From contig JBECUL010000052.1 in NCBI GenBank assembly GCA_040225955.1, positions 1 to 13,845 on the forward strand: DNA of 13,845 bases, given 5' to 3'. Position numbers and translations under genes: made by a program. Origin of the DNA: Candidatus Asgardarchaeum abyssi. Its GTDB lineage: Archaea > Asgardarchaeota > Asgardarchaeia > Asgardarchaeales > Asgardarchaeaceae. The notes under the pieces were generated by a model that was not told the DNA's origin, did not search any database, and was given only the letters and a program-made list of their open reading frames with translations. This document shows positions 1 to 7,894 of this stretch, piece after piece; position 1 is the stretch's first letter; each line of letters starts with the position of its first letter.

Positions 1-145
1 TCCGAAACGCATAAACACTCTTTAGTTGCGACTCTATAGCTTCAAGCAACTTACGTTTAACTTCGATAAATTCAGCACGCTGCTCCTTACTAGGGCTACA
101 TAATGCAAGCTCTCTTAAACTGCGGTACAGCTCCAGTAGAAACAA
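1..145 (-). CDS. 5' part of a hypothetical helical protein running off the left edge
   Basis: Manual translation from TTG at 145: (M)FLLELYRSLRELALCSPSKEQRAEFIEVKRKLLEAIESQLKSVYAFR..., 48 codons without a stop and amphipathic-helix-like composition. Not in the ORF track; start uncertain. Confidence 0.5.
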   Translation of the reverse strand, partial: MFLLELYRSLRELALCSPSKEQRAEFIEVKRKLLEAIESQLKSVYAFR

Positions 146-150
146 TGTGC

Positions 151-235
151 TGGAAAGTAGCGGGACGATGCTATAAACCTTGCGGTGATGCAGATGACTC
201 CCGCTACCTTTCCACTAACACTTTTTCAAGTGCCA
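151..235 (-). ncRNA. Candidate structured RNA or 5' leader (two hairpins)
   Basis: Arms TGGAAAGTAGCGGGA (151-165) and TCCCGCTACCTTTCCA (199-214) pair with one bulge. On the minus strand the apex is ACC-GCAA-GGT, and a second hairpin TGGCACTT-GAAA-AAGTGTTA (235-216) precedes it. Both loops are GNRA. Confidence 0.5.
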
Positions 236-582
236 GGTTAAATTTCAAATAAGCTTGATTAATTTAGATAATTTCTATGTTTTTGCTTCTTAATACCTTA
301 ATTAGAAAATTTAAAGCAACTTGAACATTTTTTTACTCTTAAAACACGTATATTTTTGTCAAAAATATAATCTCTCGCTAATAGTGCATCTAGCCATTTG
401 ATTTTAACTATGGGTTTATACTAGTTAGTGGCAACTATAAAAGGTGAATTCCTCGCCTCTAATGTAATAACAACAATTTTTTATGGATTAAAATATAAAA
501 AGAAAGCTTTAGTCTTCTTAAGGAGCCAAATGTCATTGATGCTAGAAAAAGCAAGGAATCATTAGAAAATCATCTTAGGTAA

Positions 583-1335
583 TCAATCATGTATATCGTC
601 TAAGATCGCATTAAAAGCTATTTTTGATGCGATTTTCAGTCTTTCATTTATTATTTTCTTATCTTTTTCTAATTGATTTTCATCCATAGCTTTTTTCATA
701 GTTCCTTCTACCAGATTTCCATCAATAACTAGAATTGCCGCACTTTGTATTCCCTTAATGTATGCAAAGGTAAATAAGATTGAGCATTCCATTTCTACAG
801 CAATAATTCTTCTAGCACTCCAGTAATTAACCAGCTCATCGTAATTACTCATGTAGTAAACATCTGAGGACCATATAATACCCTTGTATGTTTTAATTTT
901 CTCTTCTTCGGCGAAGAAATTTAATCTGAAATAAAGAGTAGGATCTGCAACGGCTGGGAAAGAGGATTGTGCATAATTTAAACTTGTCCGTTCATCTCGA
1001 ACCGCGGCAAAAGGAATAATTATGTCGCCGATGGCTATTTTTGGTTGCATGGCCCCAGCGGTTCCAACACGAATTATTTTCTTTGCACCAATGTTTTTTG
1101 CTTCTTCTAGAGCAATCGCCGTTGCAGGCGCACCAATACCTGTCGAAAGGATAGTTATTTTTTCATCTTTCCAGTACCCATTGTAGGTTACATATTGTCT
1201 ATTTTCCGCAACCTTGTAAGAATCTTCCAATAATGATGCCATCATCAGTACGCGTCTCGGGTCACCAGTGATTATTACTTTTTCAGAGATATCACCTTTT
1301 TTACACATTATTGATGGTTGGATTATGTTGCTCAT
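583..1335 (-). CDS. Nucleoside phosphorylase (PNP_UDP_1; uridine/purine nucleoside phosphorylase family)
   Basis: Motifs ITGDPRR, NRQY, STGIGAP, IRVGTAG, SSDVYY, AVEME; RBS GAGGTGGG at about 1339-1346. Confidence 0.93.
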   Translation of the reverse strand: MSNIIQPSIMCKKGDISEKVIITGDPRRVLMMASLLEDSYKVAENRQYVTYNGYWKDEKITILSTGIGAPATAIALEEAKNIGAKKIIRVGTAGAMQPKIAIGDIIIPFAAVRDERTSLNYAQSSFPAVADPTLYFRLNFFAEEEKIKTYKGIIWSSDVYYMSNYDELVNYWSARRIIAVEMECSILFTFAYIKGIQSAAILVIDGNLVEGTMKKAMDENQLEKDKKIINERLKIASKIAFNAILDDIHD

Positions 1336-1338
1336 TTA

Positions 1339-1385
1339 GCCCACCTCAATTTATTTTTAGTTATGGTACTTAAATTTTTTAAAAT
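1339..1385 (-). promoter_or_regulatory. RBS plus TATA/BRE-like element upstream of the nucleoside phosphorylase
   Basis: Minus strand reads AAAAAATTTAAGTACC...TTGAGGTGGGCTAAATG. Confidence 0.45.
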
Positions 1386-1595
1386 AGACTGGATCTTTGA
1401 GTTAAAAGTAGTAGCTACCACAATGGGGCAGATATATTCCTAAATGCAATATATGTATCATTCTTTGCAAAGACGAATCATAGTGTATAGATAATATTTA
1501 GTTTATTGAGCCATGTTGATTCTCTTAATCTTTAGCAGCTTTTTCTTGCTCTTTAATAAAAATAAATAAAGAAGAAATGTTATAATAGCAAAAGA

Positions 1596-1886
1596 TTAAC
1601 TAAGAGCTTCTACGGTTGGTGTTGTTGGTGTAACTACTTTGGGTGGTGGTTTTGACCTTTTCTTTATGAAACCAGTCGCGCCGGTTATTATACCTAATAT
1701 ACCAGTCATCATTAAAGCAAAGAGCGTATTGTACACAAATGCTCTAAGGCTTGGATCTAGAGTTTGGAATATTGGATAAGATCTTGCATAACCGAATCTA
1801 CTAATTTGTTCTTGGACTCATATGTACACTAGTCCACTTGATACTAAAATAAGTATTAACCCAGCGATGAGAAATTTCTTTCTCAT
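1596..1886 (-). pseudogene. Small two-TM membrane protein gene interrupted by an in-frame TGA (codon 23, 1818-1820)
   Basis: Manual translation: MRKKFLIAGLILILVSSGLVYI*VQEQISRFGYARSYPIFQTLDPSLRAFVYNTLFALMMTGILGIITGATGFIKKRSKPPPKVVTPTTPTVEALS-TAA. RBS GGGGTG 7 nt upstream of the ATG. Confidence 0.7.
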
Positions 1887-2183
1887 CTAGCAACACCCCG
1901 TGATTTTTCCACGGACTAATGTCTTATTTCTAAAATTTAGCAGAAGAAATGTAAACTAATTATAAATAAAATTAGTATATATGTCATATTAAATTAAGTA
2001 AGTAGAAAAGTATAAATTTTTATAGACAAATTGTCTGTATCCATTATTTTCTGCCTTTAGAAACTTTACTGATTTGGCTTAATAGCCTCATGCTTACACA
2101 TGAAAAATCCTCATTTATAAATTGTAAAACGTAGTTGTCATAATTATTTGTGAGAGTTATAGTATAAGTCGGTTCTATCTAAA

Positions 2184-3158
2184 TTAATAGTGAATTGTTC
2201 TTGTAAGGTGATGTGGCCTCATACTCTCTTTACCTTTAAGCCAGAGATACCCGTCTAGAATGACTTCCGTAATTTTGTCACTCCTATGTCTGTTAATTTC
2301 CTCGCATAAAAGATGAGCAGAATAAATGGTACACGCTCTAATTTCAACTTCCTCATCAGATCCCTCAGGTATCGGTATCCTATTATCAATTTTATACGCT
2401 AGCTTGTCAGAATACATTATAATCCCCAGATCTCTCAGTGCTTGGGGAAGTCTATAATCAGCAAAAACTGTTAACTTGCCAACATCTTCCAATTTAAACT
2501 GACAATTTGGATTATAATGCAGCATTGCAAAAAGCAACTGAGCTCTCTTATAGAACTTAACTACAGTACCCGTGGGTCTGTAAACTCTAACATCATTAAA
2601 AGATGGAAAATCTTTCACTAATCTTTCAACCAATCCTTTTCCCTCATCAAACGCCTTATTAGAAAGTTTCAGAAAATTTGAAAAGCTTCCTTCGTATTTC
2701 TCAAGCAGTACCTTTCCTATTTCTCTAAGTATTTTCACCCTTTCCTCAAACATCGGAATTATAATATTATCTCCCTTCAGAAATTTTAAAGCTCTCTCCT
2801 CAGTGAGCTTCGCTAAATATTTTGCGTCTAGAACTGGTATATCGTCCTCTAAAGCTTTTCTTAATGAATAAATAAGTCCAATAGCTCCACTATAAGTAGT
2901 TCCTCCATATTTTATCTCAAATCTCCGCCAAGGTTTTTTAAGCTCACAAAACTGAAAATTAATAGAATTAAATACAAATGTAAACTGAACTAAATCATCA
3001 CCCCTTAAATTCGGAAGGAAATCGTAATGTAACGGAGGAAACTTATAATCCTTTAACGTTGTAGCAACTTCTTTTATTTTCTCAAAATTAATCTTAACAT
3101 GTAATGTCTTCTCTATGATCGACCCTACACTTTCTAAAACAGGGTTTATATGCATCAT
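2184..3158 (-). CDS. Queuosine salvage family protein (DUF2419 / QNG1 / C9orf64-like nucleotide N-glycosylase/hydrolase)
   Basis: Family motifs NSINFQF, FPSFND, FYKRAQL, LTVFADYRLPQALR, EVEIRA, LDGYLW and C-terminal HHLTRTIHY. Confidence 0.92.
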   Translation of the reverse strand: MMHINPVLESVGSIIEKTLHVKINFEKIKEVATTLKDYKFPPLHYDFLPNLRGDDLVQFTFVFNSINFQFCELKKPWRRFEIKYGGTTYSGAIGLIYSLRKALEDDIPVLDAKYLAKLTEERALKFLKGDNIIIPMFEERVKILREIGKVLLEKYEGSFSNFLKLSNKAFDEGKGLVERLVKDFPSFNDVRVYRPTGTVVKFYKRAQLLFAMLHYNPNCQFKLEDVGKLTVFADYRLPQALRDLGIIMYSDKLAYKIDNRIPIPEGSDEEVEIRACTIYSAHLLCEEINRHRSDKITEVILDGYLWLKGKESMRPHHLTRTIHY

Positions 3159-3291
3159 TCGGATCCCTCTATTATCAAATGATTGCTACTTTTATAAATA
3201 AAAGTCTATTTCTATCTGCTTTTAGAGCAATTCACAATTACTGTTAATATGAGTAATATCAATATTGGTAAAAAGTCCTAGCATTCAGATG

Positions 3292-5964
3292 TTAATCGCT
3301 CATGGCTGTGTACTTAAAATACAATCTAGGAACTAATCGAGTAATTATAAAGATAGTAGCGCTTACAATGAGCCATACAAGAAAGAAGATTAAAGGAGTA
3401 GGTGTAATGATATGGCTTAGCACTTGTGATGTAAAATCAAATGCTAAACTCCCAGAGAGTAGTAGATTAATAAAGAGAAAGGCCCACTCATCCGAGCTCA
3501 TTTTTCTCCTTGATAAGAATTCGTCTAATTCGGATTTTTGGGTTTCAATATATTCGCTATTTTTGTCAACACGGAATATTTTGAATAATTTCTCGGCAAG
3601 CATAATTTCTTCTCTATTACGTAAAACACGGCTGGGCATGAGAAGGCTATAATACTGGATCCATTTGCGCTGTAACTTAACAAAATAATCAATATGTTGT
3701 ATTCTAGGAGATTCTTTAATTAGCTTATCCAGTTCGTAATATGCAACTAACACACTCTGTCTAGCAGCCATAATATAGCTGAAGAATAGAGTAAGATAAT
3801 TTATCTCTTTAGTATAATATATTACATAATTTGGATCTTTATGTAAAATCAGCGAATTAAAGTCCGTAAAGATTGCGAATTCAGAATAAGGCGAAATGTT
3901 CTCCAGATTACTTGAAATAAATCTGTGAGGGCCTCTAAATTTAGTAGTAATTATTCTTATTATCTTTTCTCGAATGTTATCGTTATTATAAAGATCCTCA
4001 ATAGACTTATATGATGCATCTCTTAGAAGATTTTCATTTATCGAAAAATGAAGAAGGGGATGATTAAGTCCAAAATGATATGTTGTTTCCTCTTTAGTAA
4101 GATTACATATCTCACGTATTCTCTCCAATAATCGTCTGGGTAAATCACTTAAATTTTTAGCACTACTTATATCGTTGTTTTCAGCAAGAAATAAGCGTCT
4201 AAAGCGTAACTCTGCCGATCTATCATTCTTATCATTTAAAGGATAAATTTTAACTTCTTTTACCTCAGATAATTTAGTCCACCATGTAAGAATATAACTT
4301 AGAGGGACTGTTCTAATAAGCTTTTCAAAATCAGAAAATCTATAAATTATACTAATGATACCATTTGAAAATATAATAAGAAACAAATCAAATTTGGTAG
4401 AAACTTGTTTAATTTTTGGATTTTTTGATGTAACCTTCATCTCGTAAGAATCTAAATAGACTAAGGAAATAAAATTTGTTTCCATCATTGACGGATTTAC
4501 CATCTCCTCTATATTTTCAAAAAGTTCATCAATAAACTCGAAAGCATTGATCTGTTTTAAACAATTCAGTCTTTGATCTATCTTTATTATTCTTTCCATA
4601 TCACGTTGTTGTTTCTCTTTTAAATGCGAGAAGGTACAATAGGCTATGGCACTTGCGACTCCTTCTTCTAGAAGCTTATTAGCTACGTAAGCAGGATTTA
4701 CAGATTGGCGAAGATTACGAGTGAATATCCAATCCAGCCATGGGGAAGAAAATATATTGGTAACATCATCATAAGGTTTCTCTTTAAGGAGAGCCTTTAT
4801 CTTTTGTACTTTTGGATCATCATCAAACTCTGACATTTTTTTACCATCTATTAAAAAGGTTGTATTCAAATAATCTTCAACGAAATCAGGACCCCATAAT
4901 TTAAAAGTAAAATCTAAAATTCTATCATTATATTCCTGGATTGGATAAAGCTTAACACCAAAACGCTCAGTGAGAGTGTATCTAATAACTTGAGTGGTCT
5001 CTTCTCTTACTATTCTATCAAGCACGCTACTAAGCAAAATAATTAATATTTGCTTAATATCAACGGAAGTACCGATGTTTAATTTCAATTTATCTTTCAG
5101 AATTTGCTGAAATTCGGCTTTAAATTGCTCACTATTATCAGTCATTAAATCCAGTTGAGTAATAATATCTTCCAACTCTTTAGTGGACGCATTGCCAACA
5201 TACGATAAGACGACCTTCTTAATATCTTGAAGCCCTTCAATTCTTTTATACTCGTTATAAATATTATTAATAATAAGTTGAGGATCCATCGTGGACGGAA
5301 ACATAATAGCTCTGCCTATGGAAATTATTTTTTCTACAAGATTTATTGAGTATCCAGTACGAGGAGCTTCCGCAAATACGAGTATTTCTTCAGGCATTAT
5401 ACTTCTAATAGCTTCTACTACTTTTTCAGAATCAACATTCTCCAGTTTTTGCCGAATATGCGAATAATCATCTGTTTTTTCAAATGTTAAATTTATTATG
5501 TCTTCTATATTACTTCTCATCTCTGGGTAATAGAATATCGCTTGAGCCAAAAAATCCCGGTTATATTTGTCATATATAAATAACAAGTCTTCACGTTTTA
5601 TTTTACACAAATCATAACCATGTTCCCTTTCTTTCAGAAATTCTAATTGTTCATCGGATATGTTATAACCAATCACAGCGTTGAAATACTCAGCACCTTT
5701 TATGGGGGTAGTACTTAGTTCTAACGTAAGTACAGCCCTTTGGTTTGTTTCTATTTGCTTTTTCGTTAAAGATCTTTTAGTCCTCGGGTGAGAAAAAACG
5801 CGTTTTGCATAATATTTTATTTCCTGTCCGTTTTTTTCAAGGAAAATAATATTTCTGATTCTTATAGGAATAAAAATTACTTGGTTCTTACTTTTGGCTT
5901 GGCTCAATGTTCGTTCGAAAGATGATACATTCATAAGTGAACCATAACCACAAACAGCGATCAT
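3292..5964 (-). CDS. 890-aa fusion: gamma-glutamylcyclotransferase (GGCT/ChaC)-like domain with helical insertions plus CorA-like domain with 2 C-terminal TM helices
   Basis: N-terminal GYGSLMN, FNAV, LKEREHGY; distal YPIQEY...WGPDFVEDYLNTTFLIDG. C-half has LFLIIFSNGIISIIYRF, long helices and two terminal hydrophobic segments (WAFLFINLLLSGSLAF; LIFFLVWLIVSATIFIIT). Confidence 0.7.
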   Translation of the reverse strand: MIAVCGYGSLMNVSSFERTLSQAKSKNQVIFIPIRIRNIIFLEKNGQEIKYYAKRVFSHPRTKRSLTKKQIETNQRAVLTLELSTTPIKGAEYFNAVIGYNISDEQLEFLKEREHGYDLCKIKREDLLFIYDKYNRDFLAQAIFYYPEMRSNIEDIINLTFEKTDDYSHIRQKLENVDSEKVVEAIRSIMPEEILVFAEAPRTGYSINLVEKIISIGRAIMFPSTMDPQLIINNIYNEYKRIEGLQDIKKVVLSYVGNASTKELEDIITQLDLMTDNSEQFKAEFQQILKDKLKLNIGTSVDIKQILIILLSSVLDRIVREETTQVIRYTLTERFGVKLYPIQEYNDRILDFTFKLWGPDFVEDYLNTTFLIDGKKMSEFDDDPKVQKIKALLKEKPYDDVTNIFSSPWLDWIFTRNLRQSVNPAYVANKLLEEGVASAIAYCTFSHLKEKQQRDMERIIKIDQRLNCLKQINAFEFIDELFENIEEMVNPSMMETNFISLVYLDSYEMKVTSKNPKIKQVSTKFDLFLIIFSNGIISIIYRFSDFEKLIRTVPLSYILTWWTKLSEVKEVKIYPLNDKNDRSAELRFRRLFLAENNDISSAKNLSDLPRRLLERIREICNLTKEETTYHFGLNHPLLHFSINENLLRDASYKSIEDLYNNDNIREKIIRIITTKFRGPHRFISSNLENISPYSEFAIFTDFNSLILHKDPNYVIYYTKEINYLTLFFSYIMAARQSVLVAYYELDKLIKESPRIQHIDYFVKLQRKWIQYYSLLMPSRVLRNREEIMLAEKLFKIFRVDKNSEYIETQKSELDEFLSRRKMSSDEWAFLFINLLLSGSLAFDFTSQVLSHIITPTPLIFFLVWLIVSATIFIITRLVPRLYFKYTAMSD

Positions 5965-5972
5965 TTTAATCT

Positions 5973-6016
5973 CTACCTACGTTTTAAAGTTAATTTCACT
6001 CTAATTTATAAATTTA
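5973..6016 (-). promoter_or_regulatory. TATA-like box and RBS-like motif upstream of the 890-aa gene
   Basis: Minus strand ATAAATTTATAAAT (TTTATAAA at 6005-6012) and AGGTAG shortly before the ATG. Confidence 0.4.
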
Positions 6017-6060
6017 TCTAGGTTTATGTTTTTCAATAACTGCTAGTATGTAATTTGCGG

Positions 6061-6196
6061 CTAGGAATTCAAATGAGAGGTAGAAGAGATAATTAAAAAT
6101 TATGAAGTCTGATATAGAAGATGTTACAAAAAGAATCCAATGGATAGAATTACTGCAGAAGAGCTAATAAAGCAACTTCAAGCATTGGATCTATGA
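6061..6196 (+). pseudogene. Decayed C-terminal remnant of a Ser/Thr protein kinase
   Basis: ...KL*SLI / frameshift / RRCYKKNPMDRITAEELIKQLQALDL-TGA resembles kinase subdomain XI (LIxxCxxxxPxxRxTAxEL). Confidence 0.55.
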
Positions 6197-6272
6197 GCTG
6201 GCCGTTTAATCTTGGAAAATAGAATAATATTCCATTTTTTATTTAATTCGTTAGAGTGAAATATTGGTTAAC

Positions 6273-7550
6273 TTAAACATTACCAGAAAAGATTTTATTT
6301 CTCAGTTCTACAAATAGCTTTTTCCCCTTATCGGTTATCACTATCCAGCCTCTAGGGAAACCTTTTGTGCTCTCAATTTCAAAATCTATGATTCCTTGAT
6401 CTTTTAGATGGCCGAAAAAGTTAGTCAACCATGCTGCTAATGAAACATCACCCATCCTATACCCCAATTCTTCAGCAGGTATCTTAAAAACTCCTTGGGA
6501 GATTTTTTCGCTTAGGATTCTGATAGCAGAGTACTGTGGGTTACTTTTCATTAACTCGTCAAGAATATGTATTTGCATTATTAGTTTGTCATATTCTGTT
6601 GCTTTTCTGATGTAAATTGCGGCTTCTCTTTCCATCATTTGTTTTTCTTTTTGTAATTTCAGTAAGACATCACGCACGTTTTCTAGTTCCGTAACTATCT
6701 TTTTATTTTTCTCCTTTAACTCCTTTAGTTTATTTTCAAGTTCGGCATTTCTATTCCGCAATTCCAGAATTATAGTGTTAAGCTCTTCAATTTTATTGCT
6801 GAGAGATATATTCTTCTTGACCTCTAGGGTATATTCCGCTTTAAGCAAATTAATCGCTTTTTCAAGTTCTTCCTTTTCATGATCAATTACTTTCTCTTGA
6901 GGACCAAGTCTTTCAATCTCCGATTTGTACTTCATTAAGCTTGCCATGAGTTGCTTAATTTTTTCGTCTCTTTTCCTAATTTCACTTTCCAAATCTTTGA
7001 TTTTTTCTTTATTCACTTTCTGGGATTTTGCCATCTCCTCCAATTTTTTCATTAGTTGCTGATTTGCCTCTTTAAGTTCTAAATTCTCCTTTGTCACGGT
7101 TTCTAATTGTTTTTTAACTTGCTGCAACAGCATTTGGATTTCATTTCCGTACTGCGTTTTTACAATTTCATCTGTTATAATAGGTGCTTTTTGTTCAAGA
7201 GTGACCTTTTTATGGGATTCCAGAGCAGAAGATATCATTCCAGTTAAAAAATCAACGACCTTCGCAAACTCCTTTTGTTGGATGATTGCCTGATTTAAGC
7301 TTTCATAGATTCTTGATTTTGCAGCAGTTGTTTCTTGTTGGATTTTATACTCCAAGACTTCGAAATCCTCTTTTACTAAGGTGTCGATGGCAAATGATTT
7401 CATTTTTTCGTTAAGTTCCTCCAGAGCATCTATAATTCTCTTTACGAACTGTGTGAGCTCCCTATTTATATGAATTATAACTCTGTTAACAAAGGACTCT
7501 AAAAATGCATCCTGGAGAATGCTAGCGGTACTTTCAGATATTTTATTCAT
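6273..7550 (-). CDS. Long coiled-coil protein with C-terminal winged-helix domain
   Basis: E/K/L heptad-rich about aa 135-335; tail HLKDQGIIDF...WIVITDKGKKLF is a wHTH wing/helix signature. No Walker motifs. Confidence 0.8.
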   Translation of the reverse strand: MNKISESTASILQDAFLESFVNRVIIHINRELTQFVKRIIDALEELNEKMKSFAIDTLVKEDFEVLEYKIQQETTAAKSRIYESLNQAIIQQKEFAKVVDFLTGMISSALESHKKVTLEQKAPIITDEIVKTQYGNEIQMLLQQVKKQLETVTKENLELKEANQQLMKKLEEMAKSQKVNKEKIKDLESEIRKRDEKIKQLMASLMKYKSEIERLGPQEKVIDHEKEELEKAINLLKAEYTLEVKKNISLSNKIEELNTIILELRNRNAELENKLKELKEKNKKIVTELENVRDVLLKLQKEKQMMEREAAIYIRKATEYDKLIMQIHILDELMKSNPQYSAIRILSEKISQGVFKIPAEELGYRMGDVSLAAWLTNFFGHLKDQGIIDFEIESTKGFPRGWIVITDKGKKLFVELRNKIFSGNV

Positions 7551-7894
7551 CTCTCATAACCCATCTTCATTGTTTTCAAAATATATATGTACATTTTCAT
7601 ATTTCAACTTCTTGCAACGACTTATGACTCTCATCCGAACTAAGAAACATCCAATCTTGTTACAATTGAAAATGTCTCTCTTCTTGATAAATTCTGGTGT
7701 ATTATATTTCCCTTTAAGAGTTAAATCCAAATACGCTTTTTTTATTATTTCTTACAATGCCTTTTACATTTTTGTCTCTTTCACTTTATGGAATTATCGT
7801 TCTCCTTCTACTTCCAATATTCTACATTCCTGATCTATTTCTAAAAATATCCCTATAAAATTAAAAATATTTATAACGTTGCAAAGTTGTCTCT

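Noticed and set aside
151-220. Hairpin as SECIS, H/ACA guide, fluoride riboswitch or tRNA
   Set aside because: K-turn polarity is opposite to a SECIS; no pseudouridylation pocket in the basal stem; no 5' fluoride-riboswitch motif; no cloverleaf or T-loop.
219-231. ACTTGAAAAAGTG identical to a stem-loop of the SpCas9 tracrRNA
   Set aside because: Only 13 nt of a generic GAAA hairpin; no cas9/iscB gene, anti-repeat or CRISPR array in the window.
161-241. Plus-strand RDDAINL resembling the TnpB RuvC-III motif
   Set aside because: Spacing is two residues short, a stop lies immediately upstream, and there is no zinc finger.
1614-1652. GGT/GTT-rich short repeats
   Set aside because: Explained by Pro/Thr codons in the tail of the small membrane protein.
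3302-3652. Plus-strand 116-aa ORF
   Set aside because: Antisense shadow of the 890-aa gene with no motifs.
6273-7550. SMC/Rad50 call
   Set aside because: No Walker A/B, signature motif, hinge or zinc hook.
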